A stretch of 64,000 nucleotides of DNA. Source: a virus. Its lineage: Duplodnaviria > Heunggongvirae > Uroviricota > Caudoviricetes. The translations under genes were made by a program, and so were the position numbers. The DNA is taken from IMG/VR virus record IMGVR_UViG_3300028591_000125. The stretch is one strand, 5' to 3'. Position 1 is the stretch's first letter; each line of letters opens with the position of its first letter. Of this stretch, positions 55,357-64,000 are shown piece after piece. The notes under the pieces are model-generated. The model did not search any database and was not told the origin of the DNA. It saw only the letters and a list, made by a program, of their open reading frames with translations.

Positions 55357-56964
55357 TAACGGCATAGCCCCGTTACATAGTAATATGTAAATGAAAATTC
55401 CGTTAAAAGCTGGGAACTCCTGTTAGGTTAAGAGTACAATAAAGTGTAACAATCTCTTAAATAGGGACAATCAGCAGTTATATAGCAATAAAATAAATAA
55501 AGATTATGATTAGAAATGATGTAAAATTATATTTACAGGAGAATAATTTAAATATTGATGACATATTTCTAAAACACAGAGATACTATTGATCCTCCAAA
55601 TTATAGGGTTGGTAGAATCTTTAGAGATAATGTCGAATCAATCTTTGTATTAAATGAAGTAAATGGTCTTATTATGGATTATTTCTATGATGATGTTCCA
55701 GAAATTTTAGAATTTGATATAAGTAATTATAATAATTCTCTTGTAATTAAAGATGGTAATATAGAATCGGGAAAATATTTTATTAGTAGAGATGGTAAAT
55801 TAAAATCTATATATACTAATAAATATTTAACAATTCAATCAAATGAACTATATCCGATTTATAATATTAAATTAATAAATTCAAAAAATAGATTAGGACA
55901 TAGTAAGAGGTTACAAATTCATAGAATAGTAGCTTCCGTGTTCGTTCCTAATTTCAATCCAAAAGATAGAACTTTAGTTGATCATATTAATAGAGATAAG
56001 AATGATTACTCAATAACAAATCTTCGATGGGTTACCCAAAAAGAAAATGCAAATAATTCTCCAAAAAAGAGTTTTATAAAGAATAGGCAATATGTATCCT
56101 ATAAAGATAAAGAACTTACTATAAAAGTAGGTACATACTCTGACGAGGATTTATTAAATCATCCTAGATATAATAGAGGTGTTATATTAGATTCTCTGTA
56201 TAGCAGCAATTATCACTATGGTCTATATTGGAAAATAGTTGATTTAAATTTATTAAATTATTTATCATCTATTGGAAAAACGTTTGAAGATATAGATGAT
56301 AGTTTATGGGTTAATACTAGATTACCAGGTGTTATGGCTCATCCTTTTGGAATTTTAAAAATAACCACTCAAAAGAAAAGTCATAATACAACATATATAA
56401 CGTGTGGTTATGAAAGACATGAAAAATATAAATATCTTACAGTTAGTATCCAAGGAACTAATTATCTTGTTCATAGAATAATAGCAGAAGCTTTTATAAA
56501 TAAAAATAAAGAAATAAAATTTCCATATGAAGTGGATCATATTTCTACAATTCCTACAGACAATAGAGTTGAAAATCTTAAAATATGTACTCACTTAGAA
56601 AATGTTAATAATCCGAGTACAAAATTAAAATTATCTACACCTGTAATTGCTGAAGGAAAAGTATTTAATTCTATCTCAGATTGTGCTGATTATTATAAAG
56701 TAGCAAGATCGACTATAGTTAATTGGATAAGAAAAGGTAAAGATGGTTTTAGTTTTAAAAATTAAAAATAAAAATTGCTATATAACTTCAACGACTATCC
56801 AGAAATGGAGTAGGGTAATAAGTCTTTAATGATTACTCGAAAAGCGGAAAATCTATGATTTAAATTATAGATTATAGATTAAGATATAGTCTGCTCTCAT
56901 GGGAAATCATGAGGAGAGAAATCTCATGTTAAGAATTAAAAGACGACTTAACATAAACATAAGG
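55357..56964 (+). mobile_element. group I intron 2 (1608 nt) carrying an HNH homing endonuclease ORF
   Basis: The exon ends at U in AAAGGGU and the intron ends at G. Candidate IGS GCCC at +11. Its 5' and 3' core segments are homologous to intron 1. Confidence 0.65.
55506..56765 (+). CDS. intron-encoded HNH homing endonuclease (tandem HNH_3/AP2-like modules)
   Basis: 419 aa ORF. Two copies of the HNH core: VDHINRDKNDYSITNLRWVTQKENANN and VDHISTIPTDNRVENLKICTHLENVNN. It sits inside intron 2. Confidence 0.7.
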   Translation: MIRNDVKLYLQENNLNIDDIFLKHRDTIDPPNYRVGRIFRDNVESIFVLNEVNGLIMDYFYDDVPEILEFDISNYNNSLVIKDGNIESGKYFISRDGKLKSIYTNKYLTIQSNELYPIYNIKLINSKNRLGHSKRLQIHRIVASVFVPNFNPKDRTLVDHINRDKNDYSITNLRWVTQKENANNSPKKSFIKNRQYVSYKDKELTIKVGTYSDEDLLNHPRYNRGVILDSLYSSNYHYGLYWKIVDLNLLNYLSSIGKTFEDIDDSLWVNTRLPGVMAHPFGILKITTQKKSHNTTYITCGYERHEKYKYLTVSIQGTNYLVHRIIAEAFINKNKEIKFPYEVDHISTIPTDNRVENLKICTHLENVNNPSTKLKLSTPVIAEGKVFNSISDCADYYKVARSTIVNWIRKGKDGFSFKN

Positions 56965-57149
56965 TAGGTTCATTAAATCGTGATGATGTTTATAACGCGT
57001 TTTATGATCCAAGCAAACGTCGACTATTCCAAGTTACGACTGATGGAATGGATTTTGCTATGAAACTGGTAGAAGATATTGATGCCAGAAAAGAATTATT
57101 ATATGATAAAAATATTTTAAGTAATCCTTATAATTTTAAAGATCTTTGA
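56965..57149 (+). CDS. topoisomerase II large subunit, exon 3
   Basis: GSLNRDDVYNAFYDPSKRRLFQVTTDGMDFAMKLVEDIDARKEL matches the GyrB C-terminal [28 protein letters not shown]. Exon sum is 2046 nt, 681 aa. Stop TGA is at 57147. Confidence 0.65.
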
Positions 57150-57151
57150 TT

Positions 57152-58498
57152 ATGGGAAGAAAAAAGAAAGAATGTGTTGAATTACCATTAGCAACACCTG
57201 AATTATTATATAAACCTGTTGGACAAATAGCTGAAGAGTGTTATACATTCTACGGTGCTTATGTAAATAATTTTAGAGCAATCGCAAATGTAGCTGATGG
57301 AATGAAGGTTTCTTATAAAAGATTAGTATGGGCAGCTTTACAATACCCAAAAGGAAAAGATGTACCAACTATGAACTTAGTTTCATCATTATCTCGTTGG
57401 CATCCACATAACACGTCGGCTTGTGAAGACCTGAATGCACAATTAGTAAAATCTGGTGTATTTTCTGGTTCCGGATTTTTTGGAAATAAACAAATTGATG
57501 GTGTAGATTGTCCACACGCAGCTACTAGGTATACTAAGAATAGATTATCAGATTTGTATTGGGATATTATAGGAGATCTAGTAAAAGAAGTTCCTATGGT
57601 AGAATCCCCTCAAGGTGAAATGGAGCCAATTAATATACCGCTTCCATTACCACTTTGTTTATATCTGAAATCTTTGGTAACCGGTCTTGGAGTAGGAGTT
57701 ATGTGTATATATCCTAACTTCTCACCAAAATCTTTATATCAAGCTTATATACACGATAATCCTGATTTGCTTGAACCTAATATGAACATTTTTATAGATA
57801 AAGCAAATTCAGAGTTAAGAAGATTATGGGAAACTGGTAAAGGTAGAGTTATATACTCTTACAAAATATCCAGATCAATGAGCCATGATGGTAAAAGTGA
57901 AGGTATCTTATTTGAAGGTGATACTGGAATTTTTACACCGAGATTAGGAAAATTTGATAAGCTAGTCAGTGAAGGAAAAATTTATATAGAAGACCTTACT
58001 GATGAGAATGGACCAAAGCTTTTCGTGGGTAGAGTTCCTGGCGCAAAAGGTATAACAGTAGAGGATATAGAAGGAATAGCAAGAAAAGTTTGTTATGATT
58101 CTACTACATATAACCTCAATGTAACCAATGGAGAAACTTGTTTTAGAATTCCCCTAAAAGACTGGTTAGATTATACTTACAAAAATTACATAGAACTAAT
58201 TACAAAAGTCAATCAAAAGCGTATAGAAAAATGTAAGTTTAATATATCAGTTTTAGAAGCTTTGCCTGTAATTGCTGATTATGTTCTCAATAAAAATCCT
58301 AAAGCTGATGATAAAGAAATTCAGAAAGTTTTAGGGTATAGTGAAGAAGTAATTAGTGTAGTTATGTCCAAGCCTATTTCCTATTTACGTAAGAATAAAG
58401 ATACGAGTGATAGGATAAAGAAGCTTAAAGATGAATTGAAGGAGCTTAAGAGGTTTGATCCTGTTAAGTATACCGAAGAAATAATAAATAAACTTTGA
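57152..58498 (+). CDS. type II DNA topoisomerase medium (GyrA-like, T4 gp52-like) subunit
   Basis: 449 aa ORF. Its length matches T4 gp52 and it follows the large-subunit gene directly, as in T4-like phages. Start ATG at 57152 overlaps the upstream stop (TGATTATG). The ORF-track start at 57146 is a TTG. Confidence 0.7.
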   Translation: MGRKKKECVELPLATPELLYKPVGQIAEECYTFYGAYVNNFRAIANVADGMKVSYKRLVWAALQYPKGKDVPTMNLVSSLSRWHPHNTSACEDLNAQLVKSGVFSGSGFFGNKQIDGVDCPHAATRYTKNRLSDLYWDIIGDLVKEVPMVESPQGEMEPINIPLPLPLCLYLKSLVTGLGVGVMCIYPNFSPKSLYQAYIHDNPDLLEPNMNIFIDKANSELRRLWETGKGRVIYSYKISRSMSHDGKSEGILFEGDTGIFTPRLGKFDKLVSEGKIYIEDLTDENGPKLFVGRVPGAKGITVEDIEGIARKVCYDSTTYNLNVTNGETCFRIPLKDWLDYTYKNYIELITKVNQKRIEKCKFNISVLEALPVIADYVLNKNPKADDKEIQKVLGYSEEVISVVMSKPISYLRKNKDTSDRIKKLKDELKELKRFDPVKYTEEIINKL

Positions 58499-58499
58499 T

Positions 58500-58832
58500 A
58501 TGCCTAAGAAAAAAGATGAAATAAAAAACCGATATAGAGCCATTTCGGTATCGGGAGGTAATGATTTTGGATTTGGAGATACATGTGAATTGGATGAGTG
58601 TTTAGCATGTGATTGTGAGAGTCTTAGAGTTATTCGTCTTAGTCTTATTCCTGATGTGCTTAGGAGTAAATTTGAAGATGGAGGATATTCAGCTGTTAGA
58701 TTATATTATGATAAAGACTCGTCCGCTATAAGAATGTGTAATGTAGTTTATTTATGTAAGCTAGATGAGGATGATGACGTTAAGCCAGATTCTTTTACAA
58801 TTGACATAGAAGGTACGCAGATAATATTATGA
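58500..58832 (+). CDS. hypothetical protein
   Basis: 110 aa ORF. Confidence 0.45.
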   Translation: MPKKKDEIKNRYRAISVSGGNDFGFGDTCELDECLACDCESLRVIRLSLIPDVLRSKFEDGGYSAVRLYYDKDSSAIRMCNVVYLCKLDEDDDVKPDSFTIDIEGTQIIL

Positions 58833-59356
58833 TTTATTTAGAAGGATTAGGTTCGGTTATAGAGAGCATATACCTAGAAGAAGATTTAAGTAATAAAGTA
58901 GGTAATTGTAATGTTTTTGTAAATCCGAGCAATGTAAAGTATATAATAGGAAAGACTGTTATAATAAATACATGTGAATATCCGGAAAGTAATTTAAGCT
59001 TATTAATAGAAAATAAGTGTAATGTAATTTCTAGGGTTTATATAGAGAATCCGAACATAGAAATTCAGCCTTATATACTCAGAATATGTCCTCAAGTTAT
59101 GTGGAATGGGAGAATTATAGAAGAACCCATGACCTTAAATAATATACTTGACTGTGGATATTGTGAGTTTGATTCAGATGAGTTTAAGTTATATTTTCCG
59201 AAGTTTTATAGTTGCAGTGATACGAAGCCAAAAGATGAATATGGAAATTTAACTGTTCTTGGTTGGGTATTGCAGCAAGTAGGAATAAATATAAACAAAA
59301 AAACTCCCTTAACCGATTTAGATATTATAAAGACGGGTAAGATAGAGTTTGATTAA
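58829..59356 (+). CDS. hypothetical protein
   Basis: 175 aa ORF. Confidence 0.5.
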   Translation: MIYLEGLGSVIESIYLEEDLSNKVGNCNVFVNPSNVKYIIGKTVIINTCEYPESNLSLLIENKCNVISRVYIENPNIEIQPYILRICPQVMWNGRIIEEPMTLNNILDCGYCEFDSDEFKLYFPKFYSCSDTKPKDEYGNLTVLGWVLQQVGININKKTPLTDLDIIKTGKIEFD

Positions 59357-59413
59357 TTTAGTTTAGGAGAGATTATGATTCAGGTTATAATTTCTCCTTT
59401 TATTTCCTTATAT

Positions 59414-59863
59414 ATGATGAAAGGAATTAAATATTACGGATGGAGTAGTAAATCGATTTGGAGACTACTTGGAATTCACTTTACTATTCACTTTAAAACA
59501 CTGAAGGCTTACAATGATTTTTATAGTTTGCCTTCTTGGATATTTTGGTTTTTATATAAGATTCGATTATTTGGCCCGCATTATATTAGTCCTATGTCTG
59601 TAAGTTGTAAATTAATGAAGACAACTGATTTTAAGGACGAAGAGATTAATCGGGCCGGAAGTACGAATCTAAAGAATATAAGTGAAAAAGTAAAGGATAA
59701 GTTAGGAAGGAGAGTTAGATATTATGAAAGAAAAGAGGAGTATATATTGAAGGGATTGATGTTGACCCATGAAGATTATTATTACATTCTCTACTGTCCT
59801 CCTCTAGATTCTTACGTTTATTCATCTTGTACTGGTGGAATTGATTTTATAGAAGATGAGTAG
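59414..59863 (+). CDS. hypothetical protein (start moved to motif-adjacent ATG)
   Basis: Motif TTTCCTTATATATGATG places the start at 59414 (MMKGIKYYGW). Confidence 0.45.
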   Translation: MMKGIKYYGWSSKSIWRLLGIHFTIHFKTLKAYNDFYSLPSWIFWFLYKIRLFGPHYISPMSVSCKLMKTTDFKDEEINRAGSTNLKNISEKVKDKLGRRVRYYERKEEYILKGLMLTHEDYYYILYCPPLDSYVYSSCTGGIDFIEDE

Positions 59864-60233
59864 AAGATTATATTGTGTTTATACTAGTACTATTAGGGAT
59901 CGTGGAAAATGGCTTGTAATTCTAAGGGAGGAAAGAAGTGATGAAAGAGAAGAATATAAAGAATTAAGGGTTAGGATTTATAGAGATCATGGCTGGTTTA
60001 CAAGGCTTATTAAAAAGAATTATCATAAGAAAATATCTACAAAATACTCTTTAAGAAAAATAAAGAAATTTATAACTCATAGTATTTGTGTGTTTTCTGG
60101 ATATTATTATATTATGTATAAGGAGGAAGAAATTAATGTAGTTGATATTCTAACAAGATTAATGCAGATAGATGAAACTAGTATAATTGGTATTGAAAAA
60201 ATAATATCAGGTTTCTTAGACGATGACAATTAA
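59856..60233 (+). CDS. hypothetical basic protein
   Basis: 125 aa ORF. Confidence 0.45.
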   Translation: MSRRLYCVYTSTIRDRGKWLVILREERSDEREEYKELRVRIYRDHGWFTRLIKKNYHKKISTKYSLRKIKKFITHSICVFSGYYYIMYKEEEINVVDILTRLMQIDETSIIGIEKIISGFLDDDN

Positions 60234-60561
60234 TGGTTCAAAAGTCTGTTATTGTATAGTTCAAAGACTCCGTTATGACTATTATCTGGTGAAACTAGAA
60301 TTAATAGAATACAACTTTTATTTAAGTTTCTATCATTTCCCTGATTATCCTAATTTACCGAGAAGGGTATCTAATAAAAAAATAAATAACAGGTATCTTA
60401 TTAAGTGGTTGGAAACTAGAGGATTATTCAGTGAATCAACATTTACTTTTAGGGATATTAATAAAGAGTTTAGCTTTGATAATAAAAGTATAACTGAGGT
60501 TCTTCATAAAATACGATACCCAAACCTATCATTAAGCAAGGTTTTAGAGATATATTACTGA
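60223..60561 (+). CDS. hypothetical protein, paralog family E
   Basis: SKVCYCIVQRLRYDYYLVKLELIEYNFYLSFYHFPDYPNLPRRVSNKKIN...VLEIYY. Confidence 0.45.
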   Translation: MTINGSKVCYCIVQRLRYDYYLVKLELIEYNFYLSFYHFPDYPNLPRRVSNKKINNRYLIKWLETRGLFSESTFTFRDINKEFSFDNKSITEVLHKIRYPNLSLSKVLEIYY

Positions 60562-60617
60562 TTATGGCAGCTTCTTTGGAATGATTATTTTATAAAAGAG
60601 GTCTTAGGTATATACAA

Positions 60618-60968
60618 ATGAAGCTTTATGATGGTTCAGATATTTGTTATTGTGTAGTTCAAAGACACCGTTATAAACCAGAAGAAGGATATTATCTGGT
60701 AAAACTTGAATTAATAGGAGACCGGCTTTACTTGACTCTTTATGGTTTTTTTATTTATCCTAAGTTACCGAAAAGAGTTGGGCATAAGAAAATAAACAGT
60801 AAATTTCTTATTCTATGGATAGATAATATGAGATTTGCTTGTGATTCGTCGCATACTTTTAGGAATCTGAAAGAATTTAGTTTTGATAAGAAAAATATAA
60901 CAGAATATCTTTATAAAATAATAACGAAGAACCTATCTTTATGTGAGGTTTTAGAGATATATTACTGA
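60618..60968 (+). CDS. hypothetical protein, paralog family E
   Basis: SDICYCVVQRHRYKPEEGYYLVKLELIGDRLYLTLYGFFIYPKLPKRVGHKKIN...VLEIYY. Confidence 0.45.
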   Translation: MKLYDGSDICYCVVQRHRYKPEEGYYLVKLELIGDRLYLTLYGFFIYPKLPKRVGHKKINSKFLILWIDNMRFACDSSHTFRNLKEFSFDKKNITEYLYKIITKNLSLCEVLEIYY

Positions 60969-61036
60969 TTATGAGAAAATCGTAGTCGGTAATTAATTTT
61001 TTGCAGTCGAAAAGCATTAATTTCCTTATACATGAT

Positions 61037-62524
61037 ATGGAAAAGATTATTGAAAAATGGCAAATACTGATTAAAGCTTGTATTGATTATTATGTCAATT
61101 CTCTTCCTACCGGTCTAAGTGATGCTGAGTTTGATGAGCTTGAACGTAGGGCCAAGGAAGAAGACAACTTTAATGCTAGACTTTATGTTTTCGAAAATTA
61201 CACTAAGGGAACTAAAGTTGAAAATAATTATATCGAAAAAATAAAGAAAACGAAAGTGCCTGGTGATAAGACTATGTTAAATGCGATTATAGACTTTCAG
61301 GCACAAGTAGGAGAGAAGATTTATGCAGATTTGAAGTATGATGGATCGAGTATAGCAATTTATGTAGATCCTAAGACTGGAAAACCAATTCGAGAGGTGA
61401 CTGTAGGTAATATACACACAGTTGATTCTAAGAAGGGTGTTTCTGGGGAGCCTGGTATAGATCAATCCTGGAAATTAGCTGAGTTTTTACCCAAGCAGTT
61501 CCCAAAAGGTATTGTAGCTATTCAGGCTGAGGCTTTAATAGATTGTACTTTATTAGATGAGCCAGAGAAAGCTAGACAAAGAGCAAATGGACTTATCAAT
61601 TCTAAATACTGCGATACTTCAATACTTACCTTACGAGCCTATAGATATTACACCGATGATTCTCCGGCGGGTATAGCTCTTAGGAATATGGATTATAGAG
61701 ACGTCCTTAAATCCTTTGAGACAATCCGTAATGAAGAAGGATATATAAAATTTGCTCCCGCCGATGTATTTACGGTGGATGAATTAGGCTCAGTTCCAGA
61801 ATATACCGAGAAAGACATGACAATCACATCTACAGGTACTTTCCTTAATGATGGTTGGGTGTTATATAGTGAAAAAGGAATTTGTCTCGGGGCACTAAAG
61901 TTTGCTGGAGCTGGTTCGAGTAGTGAAGGTGTAATTAAGACTACTGTTCGAGGAATACAATGGAATAGTCAAGTCTCTAAAGGGAAAGATTCATGGTCTG
62001 CAAATGTCTTAATTGATCCAGTTACAGTAAAAGGCATAGAAATTAAAAAACCTAGTGCCGGAAGTGTAGGAAAGCTTGTGAAAAATAACATAACACCAGG
62101 AGCTGAGGTTAGTATAATCCTAGCAAACTCCACTATTCCTATGGTTGGTGAAGTTTTTAAAGGTGGTGATGGTAATTATTCATGGCCAACTTGTTCATGT
62201 GGCTGGAAATTTAGTGAATCTGATATATATGGATCAAACCTTAAATGTGGAAATCCGTTATGTCAGGAAAGGTTAGATAGAATGAGAAGTTATCTATCTA
62301 GTACCACAACCTTAGATTTGAATAAGTTTTTAGTTATAGACAGATTTAAGTGGGAAAACACTGATGTATCTATAGAAACCTTATTAAATCTCGTTAAAGA
62401 AGAAAAAGAAGAGGAGTATCATAAATATCTACTTAGTTTTATGAATACTGATCTTCTTAAGAGGAACCTTGAATTAGTTTGGAAAGCTTCTTACATTTTA
62501 TTAAGAGAGTGTTATGAAAGTTAA
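61037..62524 (+). CDS. NAD-dependent DNA ligase (LigA)-like protein
   Basis: KxDG nucleotidyltransferase motif ADLKYDGSSIAIYV. The C-terminal Cys4 cluster SWPTCSCGW...LKCGNPLCQERL resembles the LigA zinc finger. The start was taken at the in-frame ATG after the motif TTCCTTATACATGAT. Confidence 0.5.
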   Translation: MEKIIEKWQILIKACIDYYVNSLPTGLSDAEFDELERRAKEEDNFNARLYVFENYTKGTKVENNYIEKIKKTKVPGDKTMLNAIIDFQAQVGEKIYADLKYDGSSIAIYVDPKTGKPIREVTVGNIHTVDSKKGVSGEPGIDQSWKLAEFLPKQFPKGIVAIQAEALIDCTLLDEPEKARQRANGLINSKYCDTSILTLRAYRYYTDDSPAGIALRNMDYRDVLKSFETIRNEEGYIKFAPADVFTVDELGSVPEYTEKDMTITSTGTFLNDGWVLYSEKGICLGALKFAGAGSSSEGVIKTTVRGIQWNSQVSKGKDSWSANVLIDPVTVKGIEIKKPSAGSVGKLVKNNITPGAEVSIILANSTIPMVGEVFKGGDGNYSWPTCSCGWKFSESDIYGSNLKCGNPLCQERLDRMRSYLSSTTTLDLNKFLVIDRFKWENTDVSIETLLNLVKEEKEEEYHKYLLSFMNTDLLKRNLELVWKASYILLRECYES

Positions 62525-62903
62525 TAAAAATAAAGCAGACTATTCGGTTCCTGCTATTCTTGTTAATAATGAGATAGTAAGGAAATATGGATATACTGCT
62601 AGAATAACTAGATTTTGGGAATTCTTGGCTGATGCTATTCTAATTCCTAAGTTTGAAATTCTAGATTTAACTACTATACATCCTGATTTTGAGTCTTATA
62701 TTGTAGATCGATATATAGACTGGGTTAATGGAAAAGATATAGAGTTAAAGGAAATTCAAGAAGCTATTTTAGTAGCAGGTGATTTTACACAAAATGAAAA
62801 ATTATTACTAAAAGACAAAGAAATTGAAGATAAGCTCTGGGGGATATTCTTAGCAGTATCTAATCCAGACAGAATAATTGAAAATAACTTAAAAAATGAT
62901 TGA
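62514..62903 (+). CDS. hypothetical protein
   Basis: 129 aa ORF. Confidence 0.5.
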   Translation: MKVNKNKADYSVPAILVNNEIVRKYGYTARITRFWEFLADAILIPKFEILDLTTIHPDFESYIVDRYIDWVNGKDIELKEIQEAILVAGDFTQNEKLLLKDKEIEDKLWGIFLAVSNPDRIIENNLKND

Positions 62904-63519
62904 AGTAAATTTGTATGCAATTACTCCGAATGATGTGAATTCGAGAGTTGGAAGATGTGTCGCCCGTAATCGTTTTGATGTTGAGACTATGGGAGTTGGT
63001 GTTATTGAATTCGTAAAGGGTTTTCTAAAAGATAACCTAGATAAATTTGAAGGCGGAATCGGTAATAATCAACTAGAAGATCTTATAAACTCTGATACAG
63101 TTCTATCTAGGAAGGATATGGCCTGTATCAATTATTTTCTAGGTAAGATCGGATATAAAGTTCAAATTCAAAACGTAGCTGATGATGAGGATAATGCTAC
63201 TGGTGTTCCTAGTGGTGATGTTGTTGAGTGGAATATTATAGATAACAATTTCATTCAGAACGATTATCCTACTGCAACTAAAATTATTCCTGCTGGTACT
63301 ACTGAAATTACCGCTATTATTAAGCAAATCGTAAACCAATCAGGACTTTTTGATCAAACTAAATTCGCAGGTTTTAAAGATCCTTTCCAGGAACTTATTT
63401 CAAACCTAGATAGAATTAAAAACATTACTGGTTCTAATAACGGAACTATTATTTCTAAGATCTACGATTTGCTAGATTCTCTTGGAATTACTATCTTCTG
63501 TGCAACCAGTGAAGATTAA
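62896..63519 (+). CDS. hypothetical protein
   Basis: 207 aa ORF. Confidence 0.5.
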   Translation: MIEVNLYAITPNDVNSRVGRCVARNRFDVETMGVGVIEFVKGFLKDNLDKFEGGIGNNQLEDLINSDTVLSRKDMACINYFLGKIGYKVQIQNVADDEDNATGVPSGDVVEWNIIDNNFIQNDYPTATKIIPAGTTEITAIIKQIVNQSGLFDQTKFAGFKDPFQELISNLDRIKNITGSNNGTIISKIYDLLDSLGITIFCATSED

Positions 63520-63530
63520 TAAAACAAAAT

Positions 63531-63974
63531 ATGGTAGAGTTACAAGACGATTTATTAGATATTTATAATAACTTAGTAACTTTTAGTAAAGACACATTAA
63601 ACACAAAATTTCCCACGCCTATTGTGGTGTGGTATGATAAAGACGCTAGACAAGTTGTATTCGAACAAAAATCAAAGACAGTTAGATTGAATGTTTTGAC
63701 CTATTACTGTCTTGATCTTGAGGGAATACAAAAAAGAACCTACCTTTTACCGGTTGATTATGATTATCTTATGTCAACTTTAAAAGATCTTATTAATTCA
63801 GGTGTCCTAAGAAATGATAGAGTTTGCTTAAGCCCTGAAAACTATGGATTTGATATATTCGGAGTTGATCGTAATGAATTCTGGAAAGGACCTGGTATAT
63901 TAGGTAAAATAAGGTTCGTGTCTGGTAAATCTTGGTTATTCAAGAAAATTGTTAAACACAGATTTAAATTATGA
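63531..63974 (+). CDS. hypothetical protein
   Basis: 147 aa ORF. Confidence 0.5.
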   Translation: MVELQDDLLDIYNNLVTFSKDTLNTKFPTPIVVWYDKDARQVVFEQKSKTVRLNVLTYYCLDLEGIQKRTYLLPVDYDYLMSTLKDLINSGVLRNDRVCLSPENYGFDIFGVDRNEFWKGPGILGKIRFVSGKSWLFKKIVKHRFKL

Positions 63975-64000
63975 AAATTACAGAGAGTAGCTCTCTTGTG
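63971..64000 (+). CDS. start of a further gene (partial, runs off window)
   Basis: ATGAAAATTACAGAG... begins with ATGA overlap to the previous stop. Confidence 0.25.
   Translation, partial: MKITESSSLV

Noticed and set aside
55176-55367. 63-aa ORF as an independent gene (a gene-60-like small subunit)
   Set aside because: The in-frame conserved TOPRIM residues ADEDGLAIQNGL lie upstream of its TTG/ATG with no start codon after the stop at 55128. It is better explained as exon 2 of the spliced topoisomerase gene.

Overview
This window reads as a segment of an AT-rich dsDNA bacteriophage genome, not a eukaryotic virus and not bacterial chromosome. My evidence: dense short genes in long co-oriented blocks, bacterial-type tRNAs (an initiator-like tRNA with encoded CCA, a long-arm tRNA-Tyr), many hairpin-plus-T-run intrinsic terminators, and T4-like replication genes. 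A weak host hint toward Bacteroidota comes from a Fib_succ_major-like domain and a DUF285 repeat protein. Functional annotations rest on motifs I recognise by eye, not on searches. Most small ORFs are hypothetical. Main contents follow.

1. A type II DNA topoisomerase large-subunit gene (T4 gp39+gp60-like) is split into three exons by two homologous group I introns. The second intron carries an HNH homing endonuclease. A gp52-like subunit gene follows immediately.
2. There are ten tRNA genes. A seven-gene cluster (Tyr, Asn, Met, Leu, Gly, Ser, Glu) sits on the minus strand at 50.5-51.2 kb. The others are an initiator-like tRNA-fMet at 48.4 kb and a Gln/Asp pair at 36.8-37.0 kb.
3. A highly conserved motif TTCCTTATATATGTT-ATG sits directly on gene starts. 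I located it more than 30 times by eye. It also occurs as gene-less promoter-terminator mini-cassettes around the tRNA islands.
4. Several 200-400 nt ORF-free, GC-richer, structured regions have their own promoter and terminator and are candidate non-coding RNAs.
5. An iteron-like non-coding region lies upstream of an SF2 helicase-like gene and is a candidate replication origin.
6. Accessory enzymes by motif: ClpA/B-like ATPase, SPFH protein, MoxR-like AAA+ with a VWA partner, soluble FtsH-like AAA-M41 protease, thioredoxin, two metallophosphoesterases, a DHH phosphoesterase, a Pol-beta-fold nucleotidyltransferase, a 3D-domain muralytic candidate, an M42-like peptidase and a LigA-like ligase.
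7. Several tandem paralog families and duplicated gene-start modules are present.
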